Origin: Azolla caroliniana
Taxonomy: Eukaryota; Plantae; Polypodiophyta
Length of the DNA stretch: 64,000 nucleotides
NCBI GenBank assembly: GCA_043228905.1
Contig: JBHGNT010000004.1
Coordinates: 16,616,001 to 16,680,000, forward strand
Direction: 5' to 3'
Within the stretch, counting starts at the first letter, position 1. Each line of letters begins with the position of its first letter. The notes under the pieces were generated by a model. The model did not search any database. It was not told where the DNA came from and saw only the letters and a program-made list of their open reading frames with translations. The translations under genes and the position numbers were made by a program. Below, piece by piece: positions 23,200-35,875 of this stretch.

Positions 23200-25303
23200 T
23201 TATCCGACATAACTCCATGATATAACTTGAGTCTGAAGCCATACACTAGTTTAGGCAAATATTGTCCTTGCAACATGCCTAAACGAAACGTACCATAATT
23301 GTATACTTTGAGAATCTAGAATGATCCGGTCCACCGAAGATTTAATTTACGAGGAGTAATCCTAATCATGATTGAAAAACCAATATTGTTGCTCCAAGAA
23401 TGAGATCCATTTCCCTCTTTTTCTGATGGCGATTTACCCATCCCGCCCTTTGTGATTGTTGTACCTCACTTTGTAGCTCGCTTAGCTATCATTGCTCATC
23501 AAGCTTGAGGAGTATTTCTTTCCTCACTCTAACTCTTTCCTTTTCATCTAGTTGTTCTTTTACTGCAATGCATAGGCTTGGTATCATGAATTCCATAAGT
23601 ATTACTACTTCCAAACGAAATGGGGAGCATCCTAAGATTTCTTTGCAAGCTATGCGAGTTGCCCATAGGGCTGATTGTAGACACATGTGCCAATTTGTCC
23701 GATGCTTGTTCACAATTTTCTTCAATATTCTCTACAAGGTTTTGTTCATTGACTCTACTAAACCATTTTCTTGTGGGTAATACACTGTTGATTTCTTGTG
23801 AATGATCTAGTGTGTGGAGGTGAGATTTTGTATGACCACATTGATGAAGTGAGATCCTTGATTGCTAACCAACTCCACTGGACATCCAAATCATGTCATA
23901 ATATTCTCATACAGGAAACGAGCTACACTTTGAGTTGTGTTGTCTCACAAAGCTTTTGCTACACTATTGACATACGTCACATTCTTTTTTGCAAACTTGG
24001 TTGCATCGTTGCTAACTGTGGACCACCATAAACCGACCTGCCATATTTTTTGGGCTATGACTTCTCTAGAAAAATGACCTCTTGATATGTGTTGATGGGC
24101 CTCCAATATGCAGTTCCTTTGCTCAGAATGTTGGACACAACGATGGAAATTTCCAACTGCACCCAGGTCATATAGTTTGTTACCCATCACTTTAAAACGT
24201 TGTGACCTCAATGCTAATATTTTCCTTTGATCTTTACTCAGTTCAACGCGGAATGTGCTCATGGTATGAAACTGCACCATGTCATCTGAGCATTCTTTGG
24301 GATTGTTATGCGCCTATGGGACTTTGATGTGTACTTTGAATAAGTTAGCATTTGGAAAGTCATCTATGACCCAAATTGGAGGTTTTCCATCTTCCATTCT
24401 ACTTAAATAATTAGCTATGACATGTTGGGCATTCAAAGTGTGCACTATGTCGAAGTCAAATTCTTGGAGTGGAGTATCCATTGTGCAAGTTTCCTTGTCA
24501 TTGATTGTTCCTTTACTAGGTAGAGTAGTGTTGAACGATCAACATGAAAGGAGAACTTATTACCTAGTAAATAATAATGAAACTTCTGCACCGAATAGAT
24601 CATGGCAAGTGCTTCCATTTATGTGTTGTTGTAGTTACCTTTTGTTTTGGAACGATGGCGACGAGTGTAGTAAACTAGGCAAAACTACCTCAATTCATGT
24701 TCTTGCATGAGAATACTCCCGATGGCAATGTCTAATGCATCAAACAAATGTGAAAAGGTTTGGTTCAATCGAGAGGTTGTACTACTGATGCTTTTGCCAA
24801 GATGATCTTAAGCTTGTGATATGCCAAGTCTTAAACTTCTGTCCAACTAAAGGGAGTAGCATGTACTGCAACATGTAACGGAGTGGCTAAATTCGCAAGA
24901 AAGTGTAACACCCAACTATGCCAACAAATATGTTCGCAGAACCTTATGAGTTGCTTTGTGTTTCTTGGGGCCTTCACATCCATGATAGCTTGGGCTTTTC
25001 CTGGGTCAATTGTGATACCTTCTTTGGAAACGATATGCCTAAATAGCATGCTGCTCCATATTGTGAATGCGCATTTGGTAGGATTAAGGCTTTACAACCT
25101 TTCCATGCAGCACTACTATAAGAATTTTGTCAAATATTTGATGTGTTCAAGGAGTGTGCTAAAGAGGGCGAAGTAATCCAAGAACACTTGCATGAAATTT
25201 GGTATGAATTCCTCAAAGATTTCCATCATTCTGTTACAGAAGATGTCTTTTCTTGGTACTTCTCTGCCATTGTTACTTGATTGTAGCCATTGAAGTCAGG
25301 GTA
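23200..25303 (-). pseudogene. Degenerate Ty3/Gypsy pol (RT, RNase H, integrase), non-chromovirus (Athila/Tat-like)
   Basis: FNGYNQVTMAEKYQEKT, HIVSKEGITIDPGK, EAHQHISRGHF...GLWWST, NWHMCLQSALWATR...GCSPFRL; many stops and frameshifts. Confidence 0.85.
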
Positions 25304-26676
25304 TGCAAAAGTGTTGTGTGTGTGAGAGCGTGTGTGCGAGCAAGAGAGGGAATAAGAAAAAACAATGAGAAAATGAAATGTATATAGAATGGGGATGAGA
25401 GCACAAAAAAGAAAACTATATTGAACAACCAAAAAAATCAAAGAGAACACAATGGGCTTTATACATTGTTGAGAATCAAACTCAACTTCCCTAGTGTGGG
25501 AACACACCATAGGAGCATCCAAGTGTGTGAACACCCCATCACTTTGTATCATGATTCATGTGTCTGTTGAGAATCAAGCTCAACCTAGTCTAGTGTGTAA
25601 ACACACCTTTTGAGAATCTATGAGCACTCAAAGGTCAAAAGTCACCACTACTTTCTACACATTAACTATGTGCCATAGAATCATATTCTATGACACATAA
25701 CTAATGAGTTCCATATTCCCCATTACTAATGAGTCTCCACATTCCCCAAGGTTCTAGAGAGTGAGTGGGCATTTTAGTGAGTTAATGAAGAGAGAGGGTG
25801 ACCCTATATAAAGCACCCTCCTCCTAATTTGTAACTATCAGTTAATCTCCCTTATAATGCTATTACCTTTGTGCTCCCTAATCTCTACTCCTTGTCAATA
25901 TACATCTTGAGTATTCTATTTTCCTATCTATCTTGTGTCTCTCCTCTCTCCTCTTCCACACACATATAACGCATACCTCTAATCTATTCTACTGCATGGA
26001 ATCACACACGTTTCTTTGCATGGTATCAGAGCGATTTGGTAGCTCGATCTAGCCCATCCTCGTGTGTTGTGTCAACGCCGACGATTAAAGTAAATCCAGC
26101 TCATTGCTATTGTAGTGCCACCACATAGCTCGTGTCCGAGAGAGAAGAAAAAGAAGAAGAAAATCTACATTGACCATCATGAATACTCAACTAGGTAGCT
26201 CTCTCCCTAGCGAGAAGTTGGACCAAAAAAACTTTTCATCTTGGGAGTACAAGATGCACCAATCCCTTGTCGGACAAGGCTATTGAGGCTACATTCAAGG
26301 AGCACAAGAAAACAAACCCGACCCAAAGGACCCCGACTACTAAACATGGGAGCAAGTGGCAAGCCAAGTGATGTATTGATTGACGACATGTGTCCATGAT
26401 CACATGCTTGGCTACATTTGAGAAGCCAAGACGCCGAAGGAAGCATGGGAGAATCTCAAGACGATATTCGCCGTTAATACAACGAGACGAACGCTTCAAT
26501 TTCGCCAGTAGTTGAATAATATCCAACAATGGGATATGTCCATCACAAGCTACACTTTGAGGATCAAGGAGCTTTGTGTTAGGAATAGTACTGAAACTGA
26601 GAAGAAATTAGTACTAAGAGAGGAATATTAGTACTAAGAGGAATAGAGGGTGTAGAACACTCGAGACAAGGAGACA

Positions 26677-26737
<61 letters not shown>

Positions 26738-26956
26738 TGATGATGACAACGATATATTATGTGAGAAGAATATACAAGGAAGGCTAGGAGGCTTAAGACT
26801 GACGTTGAACCGATTTGGTTCAAAATAATGCCTTGTGCCTCCTTTTATAGTGTTCTCAGGAGTAGTCCTAAAGCTTCTAGAATGTTCCAGAGAAATCTAG
26901 AATATACATTAATTTTCTATAGTAAAACGTAAATAAAAATAACATTCTACGTATTA

Positions 26957-27046
26957 CAATAGATAGTGTAATGGTCAAGAGCTCGACCCATGTAACATAA
27001 GGTCATGGGTTCGAGTCTTGCCATATCATGCCACTATCCCTTTTTT
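26957..27046 (+). promoter_or_regulatory. tRNA-like Pol III internal promoter (A box plus B box) at the chromovirus LTR edge, followed by T6; second copy at about 35770-35846
   Basis: TAGTGTAATGG at 26964, AGGTC variable-loop word, GGTTCGAGTC at 27008; T8-to-T54 spacing is 46 nt as in class I tRNAs; TTTTTT at 27041-27046. Confidence 0.6.
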
Positions 27047-28177
27047 AAAACGACGAGTGTCACGAGTCATTTTGGATATTGACGATGGAAGTCTTCAAGA
27101 AGAGCACTAGCATTGGTCACATTCTCTATTGGTTCCCAAGTATGCTCGTTGGGACTATATCCTAGCCAATCAACTAAATAGTAGAGCTTGTTGTGAACAA
27201 TCTTGGAATTGAGGATGGAGGCAACCTCGTACTCAGGTCCATCTTCAAGTTCGATCGGGGGTGGAGGTTGTGGAATACGTCCTAGGATGGTGCTGTCTTG
27301 ATAGGGTTCAGGAGAGAACTATGAAACATCGGATGTATGCGAAGTTGCGGGGGAAGATTGAGACGAAAAGCGACATCATTAATCTTTTCGATAATACGGA
27401 AAGGACCTAATCACAGATAATCCAACTTCTTGCATGGGCGAGTAGTCTTGATGTGTCGTCGTAGTAGCCATACCCGATCTCCAATGTTAAAACCGGATGG
27501 AAGCCGATGACGATCCACGTAAACCTTGTGTGTTTGTTGAGCTTGATGTAGATGAGTAGATAAATCTGCTTGTATCTTGCATAACCACTCCAAACGATCC
27601 TTTGTGCAAGGATTTGTGGGTAACTCTGGGGTTTCAAATACACACCACTGGGGGTGACAACCCGTATAAGCATAAAATGACGTAACTTCAGTCGATGAGT
27701 GGACAAAGTTATTATAGGAAAATTCGGCGAAGTGGAGAATACCCGCCCAGTTATCCTGATGATAGCTTAGAAAGCACCGAAGATACTGCTCCAACGTTTG
27801 ATTTGTTTGTTCTGCTTGGCCGTCGGTTGCAGGTGGTAGCCGGAGGAGAGGTTACAAGTGACCTTGAGCATTTTTAAAAAATGCTTCCAGAATTTCGAGA
27901 CGAATTGTGGTCCACGGTCGCTGATGATATTATCAGAAGGCCATGATGCCGACATACTTCACGCATGACAATTTCGGCGGTTTCTTCACTGGAGATTTCC
28001 TTAGTACATGGCAGGAAATGAGCCATCTTCGTATATCGATCTACTACTGTTAAAATCGCATTGAATCCCTTAATAGAGACTGGAAGATCTGTGATGAAAT
28101 CTAGAGCAATGGATTACCACGACTTGCTTGGAATTGGTAATGGTTCTAATAAACCATATGGATGATGCCTTGGCATT

Positions 28178-28652
28178 TGTTGGGAGACAGGTCCCTCCGG
28201 ATAGGAAGGAAGAAGAACAGTGCTGATGAACAAACTCGGCCGAGGTCGATAGGCCTCGGTATGAACCGGATGAGGAGTACCTGGCTACAGAGAGCCGGAT
28301 GGTGCAAGCCTGGTATGAACCGGATGAGGAGTACCTGGCTACAGAGAGCCGGATGGTGCAAGCCTGGTATGAACCGGATGAGGAGTACCTGGCTACAGAG
28401 AGCCGGATGGTGCAAGCCCGGTATGAACCGGATGAGGAGTACCCGGCTACGGAGAGCCGGATGGTGCAGGCCCGGTAAGAACCGGATGAAGAGACATATT
28501 CGTAAATATGTTTCTGAGAGCCCATCGAGGCTACATTTGTAAATAGCCGGAAAGTCATATTAGTATAAATATGACTTAGGGCAAACTTTTAGTAACTGTT
28601 GTTGTTGTCATTTTCTTGTTGGTGCAAGAAGAAGAGAGAGCACGTAATAGTG

Positions 28653-28709
<57 letters not shown>

Positions 28710-28984
28710 GTCGCTGCCTCTGTTGTAACCGCCGCCTGTGGCGAAGATCGTGAGCACGAGGTCGTTGCCTTTTGTGAACTCACTGTTTTGTACATTCCAA
28801 CTTAGTGATAGTTTGCAGCCTGTGGGCTGCCGTGGTTTTTCCCTCTTTGGGTTTTCCACGTAAACATTTTGTATTATTGTTTTTCCTCTCCACTGTGTCG
28901 TGCATTTGTTTCCCGTTTTCTGCGTATGAAAAGAAGCTCGGTTGTGGCCGAGTGTTGGACATAAGGAGCCTTGAGTTCCCGTCA
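28178..28984 (+). mobile_element. Solo LTR of Copia family A inside the chromovirus integrase
   Basis: TGTTGGGA...CCCGTCA with perfect TSD GCATT; carries the family A motifs. Confidence 0.92.
28258..28490 (+). repeat. 54-bp tandem repeat (about 4.3 copies) in U3 of the solo LTR
   Basis: GGTATGAACCGGATGAGGAGTACCTGGCTACAGAGAGCCGGATGGTGCAAGCCT at 28258, 28312, 28366, 28420 and partial at 28474. Confidence 0.95.
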
Positions 28985-30872
28985 GCATTTTTGCTCTGCA
29001 ACATGTATCACAAGTCCGAACAAAATCTTCGACAAATTGTCGCATACAGGGCCACCAGAATGATCGTTGTACTAAATCTAATGTCTTAGTACTACCAATA
29101 AGCCCAACTGTATATGTGTCATTACAGTTTTGGACTACTCGAAGGCGCCAAGAACCATTAGGAACATACAAGAGTTTCTTAAAGAATAGTAATCCATCAT
29201 GACATTCGAATTGTCGATAGTCCGTACCTGGTTGTTGCGACTGTGAACAAGATGCTCGAGAGGGATCAATTTGTGCTAGAATGGATTGGGTGAAAGCATC
29301 TATCTTCAAGTCCTCACGTATGGTATCGATAATGTGGGAATCCAAGGGCATGCCGAAGACCTGTGTTGCTTGGAGTCGTGCCGGTCCCAAGATTACTTGC
29401 TTTTGGTTATCGAAAGCTGGCTCGCTGGGACATGGTGCTAGATACGAACGCCGTGATAATGCATCTGCCTTCCCTTGGTGCTTCCCCGGATGATATGTAA
29501 TTTTGAAGTCGAAACACGTGAGGAATTGGGCCCACCGAGCTTGACGTCGATTTAACACACGAGCACTCTGAAAGTAGGCAAGGTTTTTGTGATCACTGAA
29601 TACGGTGACTTGATGAGAGGATCCCTCTAGAAAATGCCTCCATTGTGTAAAAGAGTCCACTATTGCTAATAGCTCCTTATCATGAATTTCATAGTTGATT
29701 TCAACGACGTCACACTTGCATGAGTGGAAAGCCACAGGATGTAGCTTTTCATCATCACCTTGTGACAGAATGCTACCCAATGCGAAATCCGACGCGTCCG
29801 CTTCCATGATGAATGGTTTTTCCGAATCAATGTGAGCTAGAATAGGAGCCGATGTAAATGCATTCTTATGATTCTCAAAAGCCATGTCCGCTTCTTCAGA
29901 CCAAACGAACGATTGTCCCTTCTTAATAAGTTGTGTGAGAGGCAGAACAAGCTTTGAGTAATCTTGTATAAACTTGCGGTAGAAATTGGCAAAGCCTAAA
30001 AAGCATTGCACATCTTGCAACAAACGTAGAGTTTGCCACTCTACTACTGTTTTGACCTTAGCTGGATCCATGGAGATGCCTTCCGAGGAGATGACATAGC
30101 CCAAAAATTCCATGTGGTTGCACCCGAAACTACATTTTTCCAACTTTGCATAAAAACCATGTTCTCGAAGTAATTTTAGTACGAACAGTACATGAGAAAC
30201 ATGCTCTTCTTGGGTCTTCGAATAAACCAATAGATCATCCAAATAGATGATCAAACAAAAATCCAAGAGATCTCGGAATATATCATTTGCCATGTGCTGG
30301 AATATTGCTGGTGCATTAGTGAGGCCGAACGACATGACCGTATACTCGAAGTGTCCATATCTGGTGCGAAACGCGGTCTTCCATTCATCTCTTGGTCGGA
30401 TCCATACGAGGTTATATCCTCCCCGTAAGTCGATCTTCGTGAAGAACCTTGCACCATTGATCCATTCTAAAAGACTTGAGATAAGGGGAAGTGCATACCT
30501 ATTTTTGATGGTGACCTAATTCAAACCACGGTAATCTACAACGAGACGAAGTGATCCATCCTTTTTCTTGATGAAGAAAATGGGTGCGCCGGTTGGAGTG
30601 CATAATGGACCTAGGAATTCGATATATAATTTATGGCACACATTTATGGTGCACATATCAATTTATGTTGCACGTTTATGTTGCACATTTATGGCACTCA
30701 TTTACATATGTAATTAAAACACTCTAGTATTTTCAATGGTAGTTTTTTGCATAGTTAATTTATTAATGATGGCTTTTTACTAAAATGACTATTTATCAAT
30801 GGTAGCTTTTGGCATAGCTAATTAGCTATGTCAAGGACATAGCTAATTGTTTCCACTCTCATGCTTTCACCC

Positions 30873-33800
30873 TATAAAGAATCGGGTATGATTCTTGTGT
30901 AGCGGAAGAGATATGTGTTATGTGTATGTGTGAGAGGAATTAGAGGAGAGATGAAAGAACACAAGATAGATAGAAAAAGGAATACTCAAGAAGAAGGTGT
31001 ATATTAACAAGGAGAATATGATAAATGAAAATGTAGCATTACAAGGAGTCACAACCGACTTGGTATGAAGTATGAGGAGGGTGCTTTATATAGAGTCACC
31101 CTCTCTCTTCATTAACTTTACAACAACCACTCTCTCTCTCTTGGGGAATGTGAAGACTCATAGTCATGGGGAATATGTAACTCATTAGTTATGTGTCATA
31201 GAATATGATTCTATGACACATAGTTAATGTGTAGAGAGTAGTGGTGTGACTCTTGACTTTTGAGTAATCATGATTCTCAAAAGGTGTGTTCACACGTTGT
31301 GCTATGTTGAGCTTGATTCTGAACACGCCCCCTCAAGCTCAACTCGGGTTGGTTCCTTTCGATTGATGTCCGCTTCGGTTGGTATCTAGTCCGGACGATC
31401 TTTGGTGTCCGCTTCGGCTCGTACTTGGTTCGGACGGTATCCGGTTCTCGCTTGTACTCCCCCTCAAGCTTGACAAGTCAGGAATCGTCAATCCGAGGTC
31501 TGATATGAATTGTCGAAGCTTGTCGGTCCCTAAGGCTTTGGTGAAGATGTTGGCCGTCTGAAGATTCGTGTTGATGTGTTGAAGGTCGACATCTACGACC
31601 TGTACGCGCGGAGTTTGCATGAATTGGCTAAGGAGTCCGACTGGACAACTAAGGTCGGGTCGAGTGATCGTGAGATAGATGAGGCCCCCAATCAGTTGAC
31701 AATATTGGGTCGGCTTGCACTCATCTATGCCAGAGTCACCATCTAGTTTGAGGTTTTGATCGAGAGGAGTAGCGACCGATTTGCACTTCGTCAGATGTCC
31801 CGAATTTGTATAACAAGTTGAGGATGTAATGCCGTTGAGAGATCATAATGCCGATCAGAATCTAAATTACTTCTATGCCAAGGAAGTAATGGAGCTCCTT
31901 CATGTACGTCATCTCAAATTTTCTGGAGAGGAGGGACTTGACCTTGTTGATGTCGACTAGACTTTCACCTCCAATGACCAGATCATCCACGTATAGGATG
32001 ATGACAATTAAGCTTCTAGAGTCGTGTCGTACGTAGAGGGAGTTGTCGGATTTCGACATTCGAAAGCCGATTTGATGAAGATATTGCGTAATCTTCGAAT
32101 GCTAAGCACGCGGTGCTTGCTTGAGGCTGTAGAGAGGCTTCTTGAGTTGGCATACGGCTTTGGGACGAATGCACAATTCAAAGCCGGGTGGTTGTACCAT
32201 GCACACCTCCTCGTCTAATTCGCCTTGAAGAAAGGTGTTCTTGACGTCCATTTGGTGGAGGTGCCACCCTTTTGCCGCTGCAAGTGCGATCATGGTCCGC
32301 ACCGTCGTCATCTTTGACACGGGGGCAAATGTCTCTTCATAGTCGATGCCATGCGTCTGAGCGTATCCTTTCGCTACGAGTCGAGCTTTGTAACGGTTTA
32401 CGGAGCCATCACGTTATACTTCACCTTGTAGATCCATTTGCAACCAATCGCCTTCTTGTGCGGTGAGTGGGGAACGAGATCCCATGTCTCGTTCTTGGAG
32501 ACTGCTTGCATCTCCTCATTCATCGCTTCAACCCATCTGGGGTCCTTCGCGGTTTCGGAAAACGTTTCTGGCTCCCATATTGTCGCTACCTTCATCAAAG
32601 GTGTAATGGTTTGCCATATAATCGTTGTAGCCGATTTGGCTTACGGGGTTCTTTTCATGGGTGGATCGGCGGAGCTTCTCGTTTGCGGATACTATGGCTT
32701 TCCCCACTCCATTTGTTCGGATCTCAAGGCCTTCGAACTCACTATCGAGGGAGTGAGTCAATTCGTTGCCATTGAAGTGATCGTCTTCATACTCCGGCAT
32801 TTTCGCTTTCCCTTTGTCCATCTTTGGACTCGACTGAGATGTGCTTTGATCGCTCGGGGGCTCTTGTGGCCCACTAAGACTTGTCGTAATTGGGCTTTCT
32901 TCGAACATGCGCGTGAGTTGATCTTCGGCTTCTATCTCTATTTCGGCGTATTCCGGGTCGAGCGGAATCGGAGTCGAAGTTGTCTCTAGTGCGTACTAGG
33001 ATGCGGAGTCGTCGAAAACAACGTCTCGACTTTCTCGAGATTTTCGAGTTGAAGGATTGTAGCACTTGTACCCCTTTTTCTCCAGTGAGTATCCTACGAG
33101 GATACATTTCTTTGACTTTGGGTCGAGCTTTTGATGCTTCTCGTCGGAGATGTGCACGTATGCAATGGAGCCAAATATCCAGACGTGTGATAGATCCGGC
33201 TTCTTTCCGAAAAACTTTTCGTGTGGCGTGAGGTCATGCACGCCGGATGTCGTACACCGATTCATGAGGTATACGGCCGTGTTAGCCGCTTCTACCCAAT
33301 ACGACTTTGGCACATACTTTTTGTTCATCATGGCCCGTGCTACTTTGAGGATGTGCCGATTCTTTCGTTCGGCCACTCGTGCTACATGTCTGCCCGTGGC
33401 TTTCTCAACTTCATTCTTGAATTTTTGGAAGTGTCCGAACACTTCTCTCTTTTGCCGCATCGGGTAGATCCAAGTGTGCCTAGAGAAGTCGTCGATGAAG
33501 GTCACGTAGTATCGGCATCCGCCGAATGTCGCCGTTTGAGCCGGACCCCATACATCGGAATGAATTACGTCGAGTACGCCTTTGCTCACGTTCCGCTCCT
33601 TCGGAAATGGGTGTTGATGTTGCTTGCCGAATTGGCAAGCGGCACACACACCTTCAATCTCTTTCTCCGTGAATGTTGGGAGCCCAATGACGACTCCTTT
33701 CGATTGCATTGCCTTGAGCTTTTGGAGGTTGATATGGCCAATCCGCTTGTGCTATAACACTATGTCGGAATCAGCTTGCATGCCCTTTGCGAACATGGCC

Positions 33801-35442
33801 GATTTCATCTCGTATGAGTCGAGAATGAACATTCGACCCTCTTTTCGTTCGCGAGAGATGAGTCGGCCCTCTTTTTCGTTGAAGCAACCGCCTTGATTAA
33901 ATCGAACTTGCATTCCTTGCTCTACAGTTTGGCCGACGGAGACCAAATTCTTCGTGATAGTTGGTACATGCAAGAAATTTTTAATGTAAGTTTGCTTACC
34001 TTCTTCTCCAAACGGAACATTGCCATGTGCCGAATCGGGTGCATAGTGTCGTCTCTGGTTTCGACATAGCTGGGTCGGTCCGGCTTTCGAAGTTCTCGGA
34101 ACCATTCTTGATGCGACGTCATATGGTTCGAGGCACCGGAATCGACGAACCATATGTCTTCCGGACCGGAGGCACTAGTAGAAGTAGAGGTCGACATAGA
34201 ATGCGCTCAATGTCTCATCATGAACATTCCACCGCGATTGTCATGGCGTTGCTCCTCGTTCGAACATGGTTTTTTTTTACCAACAACATAGATTGAAGAT
34301 CGAAGGAGGGTGGATTCTCCTATGCTAGTACGGCGGTCCGCATCGTGTTGAATTGTGGTGGAAGGCCGTTGAGGCATATTTGCACCATCTCATCATCGTT
34401 CACATTGACGCTTATCGAGCCATGCGAGTCGCAAAGCTCCTTGATCTTCAAGGTGTAGCTTGTGATGGACATATCCTTTTGTTGAATGTTGTTCAACTCT
34501 TGGCGGAGTTGAAGCTTTCTCGCGGTAGTGTTGGCGGCGAAAATCTTTCGTAGATTCTCCCACACTTCCTTTGGCATCTCGGCTTCTCGAATGTACCTGA
34601 GCATGTGGTCGTGAACACATGTCGCCAAGCAATACATCACTCGGCTTGCCGCTTGCTCCCACGTTGCATAGTCGGCGTCTTCCCACTTGGGTCGGTTTTC
34701 TTGTGCTCCCTTGATGTAAACCCAATAGCCTTGGCCGATAAGGTATTGGTGCATCTTGTACTCCCAAGATGCGAAGTTGTTTCGGTCGAACTTCTCGCTA
34801 GGGAGACCACTCCCCATTTGAGTATTCATTGTCGATTAAGCTTCCTTTCTTCTTTTCCTTCTCTCTCGAACACGAGCTATGTAGTAGTACTACCATAGCG
34901 ATGGGCCAGTTCTTCTGTCGGCGTAGAGCACAACACACGATCATGATAAGGCGAGTGGGCTAGATTGAGCTACCAAATCGCTTTGATACCATGTAAAGAA
35001 TTGGGTATGATTCTTGTGTAGCGGAAGAGATGTGTGTTCTGTGTATGTGTGAGAGGAATTAGAGGAGAGATGAAAGAACACAAGATAGATAGAAAAAGGA
35101 ATACTCAAGAAGAAGGTGTATATTAACAAGGAGAATATGATAAATGAAAATGTAGCATTACACGGAGTCACAACCGACTTGGTATGAAGTATGAGGAGGG
35201 TGCTTTATATAGAGTCACCCTCTCTCTTCATTAACTTTACAACAACCACTCTCTCTCTTGGGGAATGTGAAGACTCATAGTCATGGGGAATATGTAACTC
35301 ATTAGTTATGTGTCATAGAATATGATTCTATGACACATAGTTAATGTATAGAGAGTAGTGGTATGACTCTTGACTTTTGAGTAATCATGATTCTCAAAAG
35401 GTGTGTTCACACGTTGTGCTATGTTGAGCTTGATTCTCAACA
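30873..35442 (-). mobile_element. Copia family B element with degenerate gag-pol; LTRs 35442-34992 and 31325-30873; no TSD
   Basis: PBS TGGTATCAAAGC at 34991-34980; gag MNTQMGSGLPSEKFDRNNFASWEYKM; WFVDSGASNHM, HSDVWGP, YVDDLVI; PPT GAGGGGGCG. Confidence 0.92.
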
Positions 35443-35503
35443 AGTACTAAGAAAGGAATATTAGTACTAAGAGGAATAGAGGGTGTAGAACACTTGAGAG
35501 AAG

Positions 35504-35535
<32 letters not shown>

Positions 35536-35875
35536 TCGAGGGAGAGAAAATGATGATGAGAACGATATATTATGTGAGAAGAATATACAAGGAAGGCCAA
35601 GAGGCTTAAGACTGGCATTGAACCGATTTGGTTCGAAATAATGCCTTGTGCCTCCTTTTATAGTGTTCTTAGGAGTAGTCCCGATGCTTCTAGAATGTTC
35701 CAGAGAAATCTGGAATATACATTAATTTTCTATAGTAAAACTTAAATAAAAATAATATCCTACATATTACAATAGATAGTGTAATGGTCAAGAGCTCGAC
35801 GAATGTAACATAAGGTCATGGGTTTGAGTCTTGCCATATCATGACACTTTGTGATTCACTCGGCTTAATAAGCGT

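Larger units (their letters stand above)
26577..35846 (-). mobile_element. Ty3/Gypsy chromovirus (Tcn1-like); 3' LTR 26577-27033, 5' LTR 35443-35846 (partial); RT-RNase H-integrase-chromodomain at 30597-27067; gag/protease deleted
   Basis: Perfect TSD CTTTG; PPT AAAAAAGGGATAG; DYRGLN, EWKTAFRTRYGHFEY, YLDDLLVYS, ADASDFALG, ISDRGPQF; chromodomain EYEVASIL...YYLVDWLGY...TWEP. Confidence 0.92.

Noticed and set aside
26957-27033. Functional tRNA gene
   Set aside because: Acceptor, D and anticodon stems do not pair; only promoter boxes and spacing are tRNA-like
28222-28250. Hammerhead ribozyme (retrozyme) core suggested by CTGATGA
   Set aside because: No GAAA core partner or flanking helices
28258-28490. 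CRISPR-like regular repeats and repetitive ORFs (SSSGSYQACTIRLSVARY)n
   Set aside because: Units are head-to-tail with no unique spacers, lie within a TSD-flanked LTR in a eukaryotic genome, and no cas genes are present
28608-30335. 575-aa ORF as a novel RT fusion with an unusual C-terminus
   Set aside because: The tail after CCRAKML is read-through into the antisense strand of the inserted solo LTR (28178-28984)
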